A stretch of DNA of 64,000 nucleotides from Chloroflexota bacterium (GCA_027623675.1 JAQBVF010000013.1:21979-85978), one strand, 5' to 3'. Numbered from the stretch's first letter, positions 31,432-41,053 are shown. Notes: generated from the sequence alone by a model not told the origin. Numbers and translations are program-made.

Positions 31432-32841
31432 CTACTCAGTGGTAAGCAGCGCGGCGAATTGCCGAATGTCGCTCACTTGGTCCAGCGACTCCACCGCCGT
31501 GATGATTTCGGCCTGCCGCTCCGGGCTGATGACGGAGGCCGACAGGAGACGGAACTTGTCCTTCATCTCGTCCCAGGTCACGGGGTACTCCGGGTCTCCC
31601 TTGGGATAGCCAACATCGCTGCGCAAGGTCCGGCCGTCGTTGGTGTCCACCTCGGCCCATGCCGCCATCTGCCGGGGCGCGAGAGCGTCTAGCTTGGGGT
31701 CGGTGACGCAATGGACCCGCTGCATGACGTGTTTCACCTGGGGATTCTCAAGCGTGCCCAACTGGTACTCGTCCAACGAAGCCCGGCCGAGGGTTAGCGC
31801 CACCGCCGCGCCGAAGGGCATGCTGAACTGCATGTCCACCACCGTACGGGGGTTGCGCTTGGCTTCGATGGGCTCGGAAACCAGGCTCATCCCCGCGCTG
31901 AGCACGCCGCATCTCACTTCGGCAACATCCATGGGGTCGATGCCATAGGTCCGCCTCAGGTCCAGGAGGCAATCGATGGGGCCCTGCTTGAACCGGCAGC
32001 ATGTGTGAGGTTTGATGCTGGTACCGGTTATCAGGTACGTCTGCCCCAGGTCTTCCAACATCCGGCTCGTGTCAGGGTCGGCTGAGTAGGCTTTCAGAGA
32101 GCTGTCGCGGCCCTCGAAGATAGTTGTGGGGCCGATGAATCCCGATCGGGCCAAAAGCCCGGCCACGATACCGCTGTGAGCCGCCCAACCGGGGTGGAAA
32201 CGCTTGGTCCAAGCTCCGTTCGCCAGATATTCCTGACTGCCTGCGGCCTGGCTGCCCGCGATGCCCAATGCGTGAAGGAACGGATCGCCCTGGAGACCTA
32301 GTAACCGGGCAGAGATGGCCGCCGCGCCGAAGGTGCCTGAGATCGCTGTCGGGTGATATCCCCTGGCGTAGAGTTCAGCGCCCTTGAAAGCCCGGCCCAG
32401 ACGGTATATGACGTCGTATCCGGCAACAACCGCGGCGATGAAATCCTTGCCGTTAACGTCGGCGATGTCGGCCATCGCCAGCGCCGTTGGGTAGGCGGTG
32501 ACACCGGCGTGGAGGACCGATTCATTGTGGACGTCGTCCATCTCAACACTGTGGTGGGCGGTGCCGTTGGCCAGGGCGGCATATTCGGGGAGCATCCGTG
32601 TGCGCGTCCCGACAACCACGGAGGGCCCGCCGCGGCCGACGCTCTCAAATGCATTGACGACCGACTTGGCGGTGTCAGTGGTCGAGCCGTTCAGGGTCAC
32701 TCCGGCGAAATCGAGGCACAGGTACTTGGCCCGGTCGATGGCTTCCGGCGACAGGTCTTCGAATCGCAGGTTGGCGGCGAACCCGCCCAACACCCTGGTG
32801 ATCTGGGTCTTGTCTGCGTCGTCGATGTTGTTTCGCGCCAT
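31432..32841 (-). CDS. MmgE/PrpD family protein
   Basis: ALANGTAHHSVEMDDVH, GYHPT, WTKRFHPG, KPHTCCRF, QFSMPF, PKGDPE. Confidence 0.92.
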   Translation of the reverse strand: MARNNIDDADKTQITRVLGGFAANLRFEDLSPEAIDRAKYLCLDFAGVTLNGSTTDTAKSVVNAFESVGRGGPSVVVGTRTRMLPEYAALANGTAHHSVEMDDVHNESVLHAGVTAYPTALAMADIADVNGKDFIAAVVAGYDVIYRLGRAFKGAELYARGYHPTAISGTFGAAAISARLLGLQGDPFLHALGIAGSQAAGSQEYLANGAWTKRFHPGWAAHSGIVAGLLARSGFIGPTTIFEGRDSSLKAYSADPDTSRMLEDLGQTYLITGTSIKPHTCCRFKQGPIDCLLDLRRTYGIDPMDVAEVRCGVLSAGMSLVSEPIEAKRNPRTVVDMQFSMPFGAAVALTLGRASLDEYQLGTLENPQVKHVMQRVHCVTDPKLDALAPRQMAAWAEVDTNDGRTLRSDVGYPKGDPEYPVTWDEMKDKFRLLSASVISPERQAEIITAVESLDQVSDIRQFAALLTTE

Positions 32842-32937
32842 GGTCTACGCCTCCGGAGATCGGTCGATTCAGGCCCATCCAAACGGCCCGCTGGACTGCT
32901 CGCATCTTAGCACAGAGCGTGTTCGGTCTACGCCCGA

Positions 32938-32966
32938 TTGACACCCCTCAACACGGGCACTACACT
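32938..32966 (+). promoter_or_regulatory. sigma70-like promoter
   Basis: TTGACA (32938-32943), 17 bp, TACACT (32961-32966). Confidence 0.65.
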
Positions 32967-33021
32967 CCCCTCTATAGCCCTGAAAGTACCCAAAATCGCC
33001 CTACGCGGGAGCATTTCAGAT

Positions 33022-33477
33022 ATGACCTCCAAACCTGAGTACATCGACCTATTGAACGACATCCGCTTGCAGGAAAACCGGGCCGGCGTGTATCTGGAGG
33101 CCTGGGCCAACACCACGGAGAACAAGGACCTGAAAGAGTGCCTGTCCTTCGTGGCAGCGCGAGAATACAGCCACGGCGATATCTTTGAGCGCCGGGTCAA
33201 AGAATTGGGCTTCGATAACGTAGAGATTGAGGACCCCGGATTTGATGAAAAGGTCCGCGTGGTCTCCTCGGACATATCGGACGCCGAGAAGATCGCCTGG
33301 CTCAAGGAGCAGCGCTCGCGGCAGGCCACCCCCAGCGTACGGGAACGCTACGAGGCAGCCACGGAAGATGAGTCGGTGGATACCCTCACCCGTTCGTTGC
33401 TGCGATGGTTCACCGACGTCGAGAATGACTCGGTGGTGAAGATGGGCAAGGTTTACTCTCAGATAGAGAACGCCTAG
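33022..33477 (+). CDS. Ferritin-like four-helix-bundle protein
   Basis: E...ExxH pattern (LQENRA...REYSH), second half ERYE...DVENDS; ATG 33022 with ggag RBS downstream of the promoter. Confidence 0.6.
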   Translation: MTSKPEYIDLLNDIRLQENRAGVYLEAWANTTENKDLKECLSFVAAREYSHGDIFERRVKELGFDNVEIEDPGFDEKVRVVSSDISDAEKIAWLKEQRSRQATPSVRERYEAATEDESVDTLTRSLLRWFTDVENDSVVKMGKVYSQIENA

Positions 33478-33543
33478 CAGTCTGCGCTGCGGCGCTTGGC
33501 GGCCGGCGCCGGGGAATAAGTTCAAATCGCGAGTTGGATAACC

Positions 33544-34659
33544 ATGAAGTTCGGAGCCTTTTTCGTGGGGCAACGGCCCCAGTTGCACGAGCAGTACGAC
33601 GACGGACACAAGGCCAACCCCAACCCGGTCAGCCGGACCGACGTCCAAGTGTACGAAGACATCCTGAAAGGCGCGGAACTGGCGGAGGAGTTGGGCTTCG
33701 ACTCGGTCTGGATCGCGGAGCACGCCTTCAGCGAACACAGCATAATCAGTTCTCCCCACAGTTTGCTGGCCGCCATCGCCGCCCGCACCAAGAAGGTCAA
33801 GATCGGTGTGGCCTGCACCATCGTGCCCTGGCACGCGCCGCTCCGGTTGGCCCAGGACCTGGCCACGGTTGACATAATCAGCGGCGGGCGCGTGGTGGTC
33901 GGAGTCGGCCGTGGTTATCAGAAACGGGAGTTCGACATCTACGGAATCGATATCGCCGAGTCCCGAAACCGGTTCCTGGAAGGCATGGATATCGCCATCA
34001 AGGCCTGGACCGAAGACCGCTTCTCCTACAACGGCGAGTTCTTCTCCTTCCCAGAGGTCATGGTGATCCCCAAGCCGGTACAGCAGCCGACGCCGCCGAT
34101 ATTGATGGCCGTAACGCATAGTCCCGATTCGGTGGAGATCGCCGTCCATAACCGCTGGGGCCTGTTCACCGTGGGCAGCAGTTTCTTTCCGGCCTCCCCC
34201 GACTCGGACCAGAACCTGATCAGCCTCTACCACAAACGTATGCTGGAAGAGGGCGTGGCCTCGGAAGATATCGAGATCGCCGCCGTCCGGAACGTTTATG
34301 TGGCTCCCACCGACGATGAGGCCATCGACCTGCTGACGCCCCGGTTGGAATGGGCCGGCGACATGGGCGAGTTTCTCCGCAGGCCCGTATCCCTGATGGC
34401 GAACGCGCCGGGCGGGTTGCTCGGCTACGAGAGTTACGTGCGCGATCCGTTCATCGAGCCTGATCTGGTGGCCGAGCGCGGCATTGAGGGGATGGCGGCC
34501 ATCGGCGGTCCGGAGAAGGTCACCCGCGCCATCAAGGACCTGGAAGACAACCACGTGACCAACTTCATCAGCTACTTGGACGCCGGCGGTCTGGACTTCG
34601 ACCAAGTTTCCAGTTCCCTCCGACTATTCGCCGAAAAGGTGATGCCCAACTTTAGATAA
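33544..34659 (+). CDS. Luciferase-like (LLM class) flavin-dependent oxidoreductase
   Basis: MKFG, AEELGFDSVWIAEH, PLRLAQDLATVDIISGGR, GRGY, PKPVQQP, LFAEKVMP. Confidence 0.93.
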   Translation: MKFGAFFVGQRPQLHEQYDDGHKANPNPVSRTDVQVYEDILKGAELAEELGFDSVWIAEHAFSEHSIISSPHSLLAAIAARTKKVKIGVACTIVPWHAPLRLAQDLATVDIISGGRVVVGVGRGYQKREFDIYGIDIAESRNRFLEGMDIAIKAWTEDRFSYNGEFFSFPEVMVIPKPVQQPTPPILMAVTHSPDSVEIAVHNRWGLFTVGSSFFPASPDSDQNLISLYHKRMLEEGVASEDIEIAAVRNVYVAPTDDEAIDLLTPRLEWAGDMGEFLRRPVSLMANAPGGLLGYESYVRDPFIEPDLVAERGIEGMAAIGGPEKVTRAIKDLEDNHVTNFISYLDAGGLDFDQVSSSLRLFAEKVMPNFR

Positions 34660-34701
34660 TCAACCCGGCTCCTAGTTGGACGCTGGAAAGGAATCGCACG
34701 C

Positions 34702-35463
34702 ATGGCAACATTGGACGTATTGACCTACGGATTCGCCCTCACCACCGACCAAGGCTCTTTCGGCTACTCCACCAACTCCCTGCTCCGGGTGGGCAATCAC
34801 AACATCCTCATCGACACCGGCCCATCATCGCGCCGCCCGTTCTTGGTCAGATCGCTGAAGGCCAAAGGTCTGGAGCCGTCCGACATCGATATCGTGATCC
34901 TGACTCATATGCACTGGGACCATTGCCAGAATACCGACCTCTTCACCAACGCGCGGGTCCTGGTCAACCCCACCGAGATCGATTACGCCCGCAACCCCAA
35001 CAAGTGGGACCTGGCCGTTGCCGCCGGAATGGCCGACATGATGCGCAACATGAAGGTGGATACCGTGTCCGAAGGCGACAAGGTGGTTGACGGAGTTTCC
35101 ATCATCGAGACTCCCGGCCACACCAAGGGGCATCTCAGTGTCCTGGCTGAGATCGACGGCGAGAAGGTGCTGCTGGCCGGTGACGCGATGCCCGAGAGCG
35201 GCACCGTGGCCCGTGGTTTGCCCTACAACGTCTTTTGGGACGTGGCCGACGCCCAGGAGAGCGTGGAAAAGATGGTCTCAGCCTCCAACGTTTTCTATCC
35301 GGGGCACGACCGGCCCTTCCGCGTCGAAGGCGGCGAGATAACGTACTTGGAAGGCCCCGAGAACATCCATGTCATGGACAGCACGGAGGGCGGCGGAACG
35401 GCTTCGCTGACCTTCACGGTCTCCGCCACCCGGAAGGTGAACGTGGACATCGTCCAAAAGTAG
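34702..35463 (+). CDS. Metallo-beta-lactamase fold hydrolase (AHL-lactonase-like)
   Basis: LIDTG, THMHWDH, TPGHTKGH, AGDA, PGHD. Confidence 0.9.
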   Translation: MATLDVLTYGFALTTDQGSFGYSTNSLLRVGNHNILIDTGPSSRRPFLVRSLKAKGLEPSDIDIVILTHMHWDHCQNTDLFTNARVLVNPTEIDYARNPNKWDLAVAAGMADMMRNMKVDTVSEGDKVVDGVSIIETPGHTKGHLSVLAEIDGEKVLLAGDAMPESGTVARGLPYNVFWDVADAQESVEKMVSASNVFYPGHDRPFRVEGGEITYLEGPENIHVMDSTEGGGTASLTFTVSATRKVNVDIVQK

Positions 35464-35483
35464 CGTTACCGCGCCAAGAGTTC

Positions 35484-35519
35484 TACGGCCCAGGGGACCT
35501 GATAAGGCCCTGGGCCGTA
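35484..35519 (+). other. Intergenic hairpin without U-tract
   Basis: tacggcccaggg ... ccctgggccgta. Confidence 0.6.
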
Positions 35520-35558
35520 TTTCGTGAGCCCCTAAACCAGCGAAAGAGAGCGCCCATC

Positions 35559-36965
35559 ATGGCCACCACAAGAGCCGCAGCCGACCCCGCCCACACCTTG
35601 GCCGTCCACATCTGCGCGTCCAAAATAGATGACCTTTCGGATAAGACGCTGGAGGCAACCCGGCGCGATGCGCTCGATACCTTTGGAGCCATGCTCGGAG
35701 GAAGCGGCGCGCCGGGCATCGCGGAATTGGCCGGCCTGACCGGTAGATGGGGCGGCCTGGAAGAAGCTACTGTGGCGGTCTTGGGCGGCAAGATGCCTGC
35801 CCACCACACGGCGCTGGTCAACTCGGCCATGGGCCACGCGCTGGACTTCGACGACACATTTGACAAGGGCGGGCACGTGCATCCCGGCACTTCGGTTTTG
35901 GCGGCTAGCCTGGCGGTGGCCGAGTCGCTGGGCGGGGTGACCGGAGACCGTTTGATGCTGGCGGTCACGCTGGGACTGGACGTCTCATGCCGCTTGGGTC
36001 TGGCGGCCCATAATGACCGGGGCTGGCACCGCACCGCCAGCTTCGGGATATTCGGCGCAACCGCGGCGGCCGGCAAACTGCTCGACCTGACCCAAGAACA
36101 GATGGTCCACGCCTTTGGCATCGCCTACAGTCAGGCGGCAGGCAACCGGCAGTGCATCGTCGACGGCGCGTTGACCAAGCGGTTCCAGGCCGGGCAGGCG
36201 GCCCATGCGGCGGTGCTGTCGGCGTTCCTAGCCAGAGAAGGGTTCACCGGCGCCGCCAACGTGTTTGCCGGGCCATACGGATTCTTCCCCATGTATCAGC
36301 CGGATGGCTATGACCTCTCGCTTGTTACCAAAGACCTGGGACAGGAATACCTGGGCGACCGGTTGAGCTTGAAACCCTATCCGTGCGGCCGCCCCACCCA
36401 CACCTACATCGACGCCGCCGTGAAACTGCACCGCGAGTTGGTTCTGGGAGACAACGCCATTGAGTCCGTGGTGGTGCGGACCGACCCGGACACGTTTTCC
36501 TCGCGGTACAGCGTGTCTTCGGGAGTGGCGCGGCCCCAACAGCAGGTAGAGGCCCAGTTCAGTCTGCCCTATCTGATCGGATCAGCCCTGGCTCTGGGCG
36601 GCGTGGGCATCGACCAGATCACCGCCTTCAACAACCCAGCGGTGCTGGCTGCGGCCCAACTGGTCAAGGCCGAGTGCAAAGACGACGCGCCCAAAGGATG
36701 GGCCGAGATTCAGGTCGTCTGCACTGACGGAAGATCGGCGTCGGTGGAACTGGAGCCGCCATCGGGCTCGCCGGACAACCCCCCGTCCACCGAACAACTG
36801 GAGACCAAATTCCGGGATTGCGCCGCCCACGCCCTGAACCCCGTGCTTCCGGCCGCGGTCGATGAGATGATTGGCTTGATAATGGGACCGGGCGTGATGT
36901 CCGACTCCAGGAAATTGACCGCGCTGTCGCTGGACTCAGCGCAGGCAAGACCAGACCAGATCTAG
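35559..36965 (+). CDS. MmgE/PrpD family protein
   Basis: NSAMGHALDFDDT, HPG, GWHRT, TKRFQAG, LKPYPCGR, QFSLPY; ATG 35559. Confidence 0.9.
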   Translation: MATTRAAADPAHTLAVHICASKIDDLSDKTLEATRRDALDTFGAMLGGSGAPGIAELAGLTGRWGGLEEATVAVLGGKMPAHHTALVNSAMGHALDFDDTFDKGGHVHPGTSVLAASLAVAESLGGVTGDRLMLAVTLGLDVSCRLGLAAHNDRGWHRTASFGIFGATAAAGKLLDLTQEQMVHAFGIAYSQAAGNRQCIVDGALTKRFQAGQAAHAAVLSAFLAREGFTGAANVFAGPYGFFPMYQPDGYDLSLVTKDLGQEYLGDRLSLKPYPCGRPTHTYIDAAVKLHRELVLGDNAIESVVVRTDPDTFSSRYSVSSGVARPQQQVEAQFSLPYLIGSALALGGVGIDQITAFNNPAVLAAAQLVKAECKDDAPKGWAEIQVVCTDGRSASVELEPPSGSPDNPPSTEQLETKFRDCAAHALNPVLPAAVDEMIGLIMGPGVMSDSRKLTALSLDSAQARPDQI

Positions 36966-36975
36966 GAAGGTTAGT

Positions 36976-38670
36976 TTGACCACAGATAACATAATCAACG
37001 ACGCCATCGACACCCTGCTCAGGGTCCGGCCCGGATTCTGGTCGCGGACATCCTGCGGCGTCACTCGCTCTTTAACCCCGATCCCGGCGCTGCTTGACCG
37101 CAACGCCTACTCCTTTGAAACCTCCCGGACCAGGATACTGCTGGTCGGCGGGTTGTCGGGCGAGAAAGCCGACGTGGACATGGCGCTGCACGCCCTGGAA
37201 CTGTTCGCCGGCGGCGGCGACGCACTGTCCCTCCGCGTCGCCCTCAGCGCGGTGCCCTGCGCCAACCCCGATGGGCTTCGCCTGAACGTGGCGCCGGGGA
37301 ATGGGGCCGGAGGCGACCCCTCCGGAGTCTATCCGCCCGAGGGCAAGTTCTACTACGACCCGGAGAACCCGGAGAAGCGCTATCTGTGGCGGTGGATCAC
37401 CTTCCAAGCTCCGGAACTGGTGTTGGAACTGCGCTCGGGCAACTCGGTGAGGTGGGAGCACAACCAGGCGGCAGGTAATCTGGCCCCTGGTCTGGGCGGC
37501 AGGACCATCACGGGCGAGCAGGGTTTGCTGGCCGCGCTGGGCACCGGCCACCCCGACGGCCTGGGCACGATTCCCGGCATCAGACTGACGGCGTCGGACG
37601 AACAGATGCCCCGGGAATTGAGCCGCCTCTTCAGCATGCTCAGAGACGTTGATGTCCTGGTCAAGTCCAACGCCAGGCTGGCCTTGGATGCCCGCCGGGC
37701 ACGTCCCGGATTGGTTATCGCCAAGTCACTGGCGGCGGCCTACGGCCACACCTTCGAGCCGGTGGTCTACACCCAAGGGGTGCCCATCAGCGGCCGTCTC
37801 AGGCTGCACGGGCTGGATCCCAAGGGAGAAAACCCTGCGCCCGACGTGGCCCGGCTGCTCGAATCCTTCACGGCGGAAGGCGTGCCTGAGGGTATCGCAC
37901 CGTCGGCCCTGGCTTCGGTGGTCTGGGCGGACGAACTGTCCGAAGCCACCGGCGACACCCGCTACAACGGACTGATCATCCAGGCGGCCGACCGGTTCGA
38001 GTCCACCGGTCAGGGCAGCGCCCCCAAACCTTGCGACCCGGATTTCCGCACCGAGGACATGTTCATGGCCGGGTCGGTCCTGGGCCGGGCGTTCAAACTG
38101 ACCGGAGAAAAGAGATACGCCGACATACTGGCCAACTTTATCGTCGACGGCAAGATTCAACAGGACCACGGCCTGTTCTGGCATTGCCGTTCCGCCGCCT
38201 ACTATTGGGGCCGGGGCAACGGGTTCGCCGCCATGGGCCTGACCGAGTCCCTAACCTACCTGCCGGAAGACCAGCCCCAGCGCGCGGCCATCACGGCCAT
38301 GTATCGACGGTTGATGGAGTCACTGCGCCGTTTGCAGCATCCCTCCGGGTTGCTGGCCAACGTGTTGGACTTCCCCGGGTCGTATCTGGAGTTCACCGCC
38401 ACCTGCATGATGGGCTACTCCATAGCCCGTGGACTGCGGCTGGGCATCCTCACCGATGACTTCCGGGAGCCGCTGGACCTGGCCTGGGGCGCGGTCGCCG
38501 AGCGGATCGACGATGTCGGAGGCGTGGTTGACGGCTGTGCCAGCACCGGAGTGCAGAACAACGTCCGTGAGTACTTGGACCGGCCGGCCATCTTCGGCTT
38601 CGATGACCGCAGCGGCGGCATGGCCCTCTGGTTCAACCTGGAGATGGAGCGCCTGGCCCGGGGCATTTAA
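36976..38670 (+). CDS. Fusion: degenerate M14-carboxypeptidase-like domain + GH88/GH105-like (alpha/alpha)6 domain
   Basis: N-terminal ILLVGGLSGE, VPCANPDG, PE.RYL; C-terminal EDMFM, GLFWH, WGRGNGF, YLEFTATCM. Confidence 0.65.
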   Translation: MTTDNIINDAIDTLLRVRPGFWSRTSCGVTRSLTPIPALLDRNAYSFETSRTRILLVGGLSGEKADVDMALHALELFAGGGDALSLRVALSAVPCANPDGLRLNVAPGNGAGGDPSGVYPPEGKFYYDPENPEKRYLWRWITFQAPELVLELRSGNSVRWEHNQAAGNLAPGLGGRTITGEQGLLAALGTGHPDGLGTIPGIRLTASDEQMPRELSRLFSMLRDVDVLVKSNARLALDARRARPGLVIAKSLAAAYGHTFEPVVYTQGVPISGRLRLHGLDPKGENPAPDVARLLESFTAEGVPEGIAPSALASVVWADELSEATGDTRYNGLIIQAADRFESTGQGSAPKPCDPDFRTEDMFMAGSVLGRAFKLTGEKRYADILANFIVDGKIQQDHGLFWHCRSAAYYWGRGNGFAAMGLTESLTYLPEDQPQRAAITAMYRRLMESLRRLQHPSGLLANVLDFPGSYLEFTATCMMGYSIARGLRLGILTDDFREPLDLAWGAVAERIDDVGGVVDGCASTGVQNNVREYLDRPAIFGFDDRSGGMALWFNLEMERLARGI

Positions 38671-38716
38671 CCGTGGTATTTAACCGGAGTATTTAATCGG
38701 GGTATTTAACCCAGAA
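38665..38716 (+). repeat. Four imperfect 13-bp tandem repeats starting at the upstream stop codon
   Basis: atttaaccgtggt / atttaaccggagt / atttaatcggggt / atttaacccagaa. Confidence 0.9.
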
Positions 38717-38740
38717 TCTAGACACAGCGGAGGTGGCTTC

Positions 38741-39913
38741 GTGCCATTAACCTACAGTCACAATAGCGTGGCCCAGGAGATTGTTTGCGCCGAGGATGCC
38801 ATCAGCGGACTTCCCGGCGTTCTCGACCGGCTGGGCGGCTCCCGGGCGATAGTGATTTGCGGTCCGTCCATACTGGAGAAATCGGACGTGGTGAGCCGGG
38901 TGCAAACTGCTTTGGGCGACCGCTGTGCCGGCCTGTTTTCCGGAGTGGCCCCCCACTCGCCGGTCCATGCCCTGGTCGAAGCCATGCGGCTGGCTGGCGA
39001 CATCAAACCAGACATCCTGGTCAGCGTTGGTGGCGGCAGCACCCATGACACAACCAAGGGGATCGCCACGCTTCTCGGAGAAGGCGGGCGCATCCACGAC
39101 CATCAGGTGATCTTCGAGCCGCCGGACAAGATCGTTCATCCCAAGCTGTCGTCCGAGCGGGTGCCGATAGTCACCGTGCCCACCACCATGGGCGGCGCCG
39201 AACTGAGCCGAGGGGCCGGGTTCGCCGACAAGGACCTGGGCCGTAAGGTGTTGGTGGCGGACCCTGCCACCATTCCTCGCTCGATCGTCATCGACGGCCA
39301 GGCGCTGGCTACCACCCCCATGCACATCCTGCTGTCCACCGCCATGGGGCAGATGCGCATCGCCGTGGAGACCGTCTATTCCACCAAACACAACCCCATT
39401 TCCGATGCCATGGCCCTGCACGCCATCGCCATGCTGGTGGAGTATCTGCCCAGATGCCCCAGCTTGGACATGGACTGCCTGCTCAATACCAAAACGGCGG
39501 CGTCGCTGGCGTCGCTGGCCGGAGTAGGCGGCCTGGGCTTGAACACGGCCACCGCTCACCACGTCGGCGGCCTTTATGACGTGCCTCACGGCGACGCCAA
39601 CGCCATCATGCTGCCCCACTCCATGCGCTTTAACGCCGAGGCCTCGGCGGACCGGCAGGCGTTGATCGCCCAGGCCATGGGCATCGACACAGCCGGCATG
39701 AGCGACGAGGAAGCGGCGCTGGCGGCGGCGGACGCGGTGGAGGACCTGCGGGTATCCCTGGGATTGCCGGGGCGGTTGCGAGATGTGGGTGTGCCGGAAG
39801 AAGGCCTAGAACTCATCGCGGCGGCAACTCTTCACGACCGCGCCCTGGCAACCAACCCAAGGCCGGTGGTTGATGCCGGACCGATAATGGCCCTGCTGCG
39901 TAGTTCCTGGTAA
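38741..39913 (+). CDS. Iron-containing alcohol dehydrogenase / maleylacetate reductase family protein
   Basis: VGGGSTHDTTK, VPTTMGGAE, VPHGDANAIMLP, LRDVGV, NPRP; GTG start with ggaggt RBS. Confidence 0.88.
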   Translation: MPLTYSHNSVAQEIVCAEDAISGLPGVLDRLGGSRAIVICGPSILEKSDVVSRVQTALGDRCAGLFSGVAPHSPVHALVEAMRLAGDIKPDILVSVGGGSTHDTTKGIATLLGEGGRIHDHQVIFEPPDKIVHPKLSSERVPIVTVPTTMGGAELSRGAGFADKDLGRKVLVADPATIPRSIVIDGQALATTPMHILLSTAMGQMRIAVETVYSTKHNPISDAMALHAIAMLVEYLPRCPSLDMDCLLNTKTAASLASLAGVGGLGLNTATAHHVGGLYDVPHGDANAIMLPHSMRFNAEASADRQALIAQAMGIDTAGMSDEEAALAAADAVEDLRVSLGLPGRLRDVGVPEEGLELIAAATLHDRALATNPRPVVDAGPIMALLRSSW

Positions 39914-40083
39914 CACTGGTAGTGGAACGGTTGGCTTGGGAAAGGCTAATGACAAGCCGGGTCTGACGCCTTTCGTCTAAGCCGCAGTCGGCTCCTAGGG
40001 GCCCATCTTAGCTTGGCGCTGATCGGGGGCGGAATCGCCCCGGCAACAGAGGCGCCGAGATACTGAAGTCCCCGTTTGCCGGT

Positions 40084-40881
40084 CTAGGCGAAGAAGTTAC
40101 GCACCAGACCCAGGAATTCATCGGTCTTTTCTATCTCGGGGTGGTGGCCGCAGCCGGATAGTATCTCCAACCGCGCGCCGTTGATCGCCTGCTTGTACGC
40201 CTCCCCGGCGCTGAGTGGCACGACCACGTCCTGTTCACCCCAGACCAATAGCGTGGGCAGGTCTTTCAACCGGCCCAGCAGATGGGGTAGCGCCTGGTTG
40301 TACATGTAGGGGCGCCAGGTCAGCCGGCACGCTTCCTCCCGCGCCGCCTCCCAGCGTTCGATCTGCTCGGGTCCGGCGTCGCCGGGGCAGTAGACGGCGA
40401 ATTCCGGGGTCGAGGCCGGATCGAGAAAGCTGGTTTCCATGTATTCCCTGGTGACGATCAAGAACATGTCCAGTATCTCGCCCGTCGGCGGACGGATGCC
40501 GGGCGGGGCCACCAGCGCCATCTTCTTGAATGTCTGGGGCGATTGGCTAGCCATCTCGGCCGCGAGCCATCCGCCAAGTGACAACCCCAGAACATTCACC
40601 TTCTCCAGCCCCATCTCTTCGATGGCGCGCAGATACCAACTGGCCAGGTCTCTAACGCTCATGATCCACTCCAACTGGGGGGTGACGCCGAACCCCGGAT
40701 GGGCCGGCATGTGGACCGTGAAGTCATTCGCCAGTTCTTCGGCGTACCTGAGGGGGGTCGATAGGCCCATCTCGTCGTGAAGGACCAACAGCGGTTCTCC
40801 GCTGCCCCCCGTGACCATGTGGAGATCGGCGCCGCCTACCTGGGTTGTCCCTTCCGTCCAAATCAAGGAACTGGTGGACAT
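40084..40881 (-). CDS. Alpha/beta fold hydrolase
   Basis: HPGFG, GLSLGG, WGEQD, CGHHPEIE; ATG 40881 with aggag RBS. Confidence 0.88.
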   Translation of the reverse strand: MSTSSLIWTEGTTQVGGADLHMVTGGSGEPLLVLHDEMGLSTPLRYAEELANDFTVHMPAHPGFGVTPQLEWIMSVRDLASWYLRAIEEMGLEKVNVLGLSLGGWLAAEMASQSPQTFKKMALVAPPGIRPPTGEILDMFLIVTREYMETSFLDPASTPEFAVYCPGDAGPEQIERWEAAREEACRLTWRPYMYNQALPHLLGRLKDLPTLLVWGEQDVVVPLSAGEAYKQAINGARLEILSGCGHHPEIEKTDEFLGLVRNFFA

Positions 40882-41053
40882 GGAATCGCTCCTACTGAGT
40901 GTTGATTGATCCGCCAAGTTAAGGAACACGCCAAGATGGGACCGGTCCCGTGGCGGGTTGGCGGCGGTTTCATTGTTGCGCCGGTTGGCTGGACGCCTTG
41001 ATTTTGGGTTGCCGTGCTTGGGCTTGTCAACCGCCGGAACGAAACCACCCTGA

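Noticed and set aside
33049..34605. 518-aa minus-strand ORF and similar long antisense ORFs (1410-2333, 5246-6211, 18057-18980, 50562-51518)
   Set aside because: Shadow frames of well-supported genes in high-GC DNA, with no recognisable motifs.
38665..38716. CRISPR array
   Set aside because: 13-bp period with no spacers.
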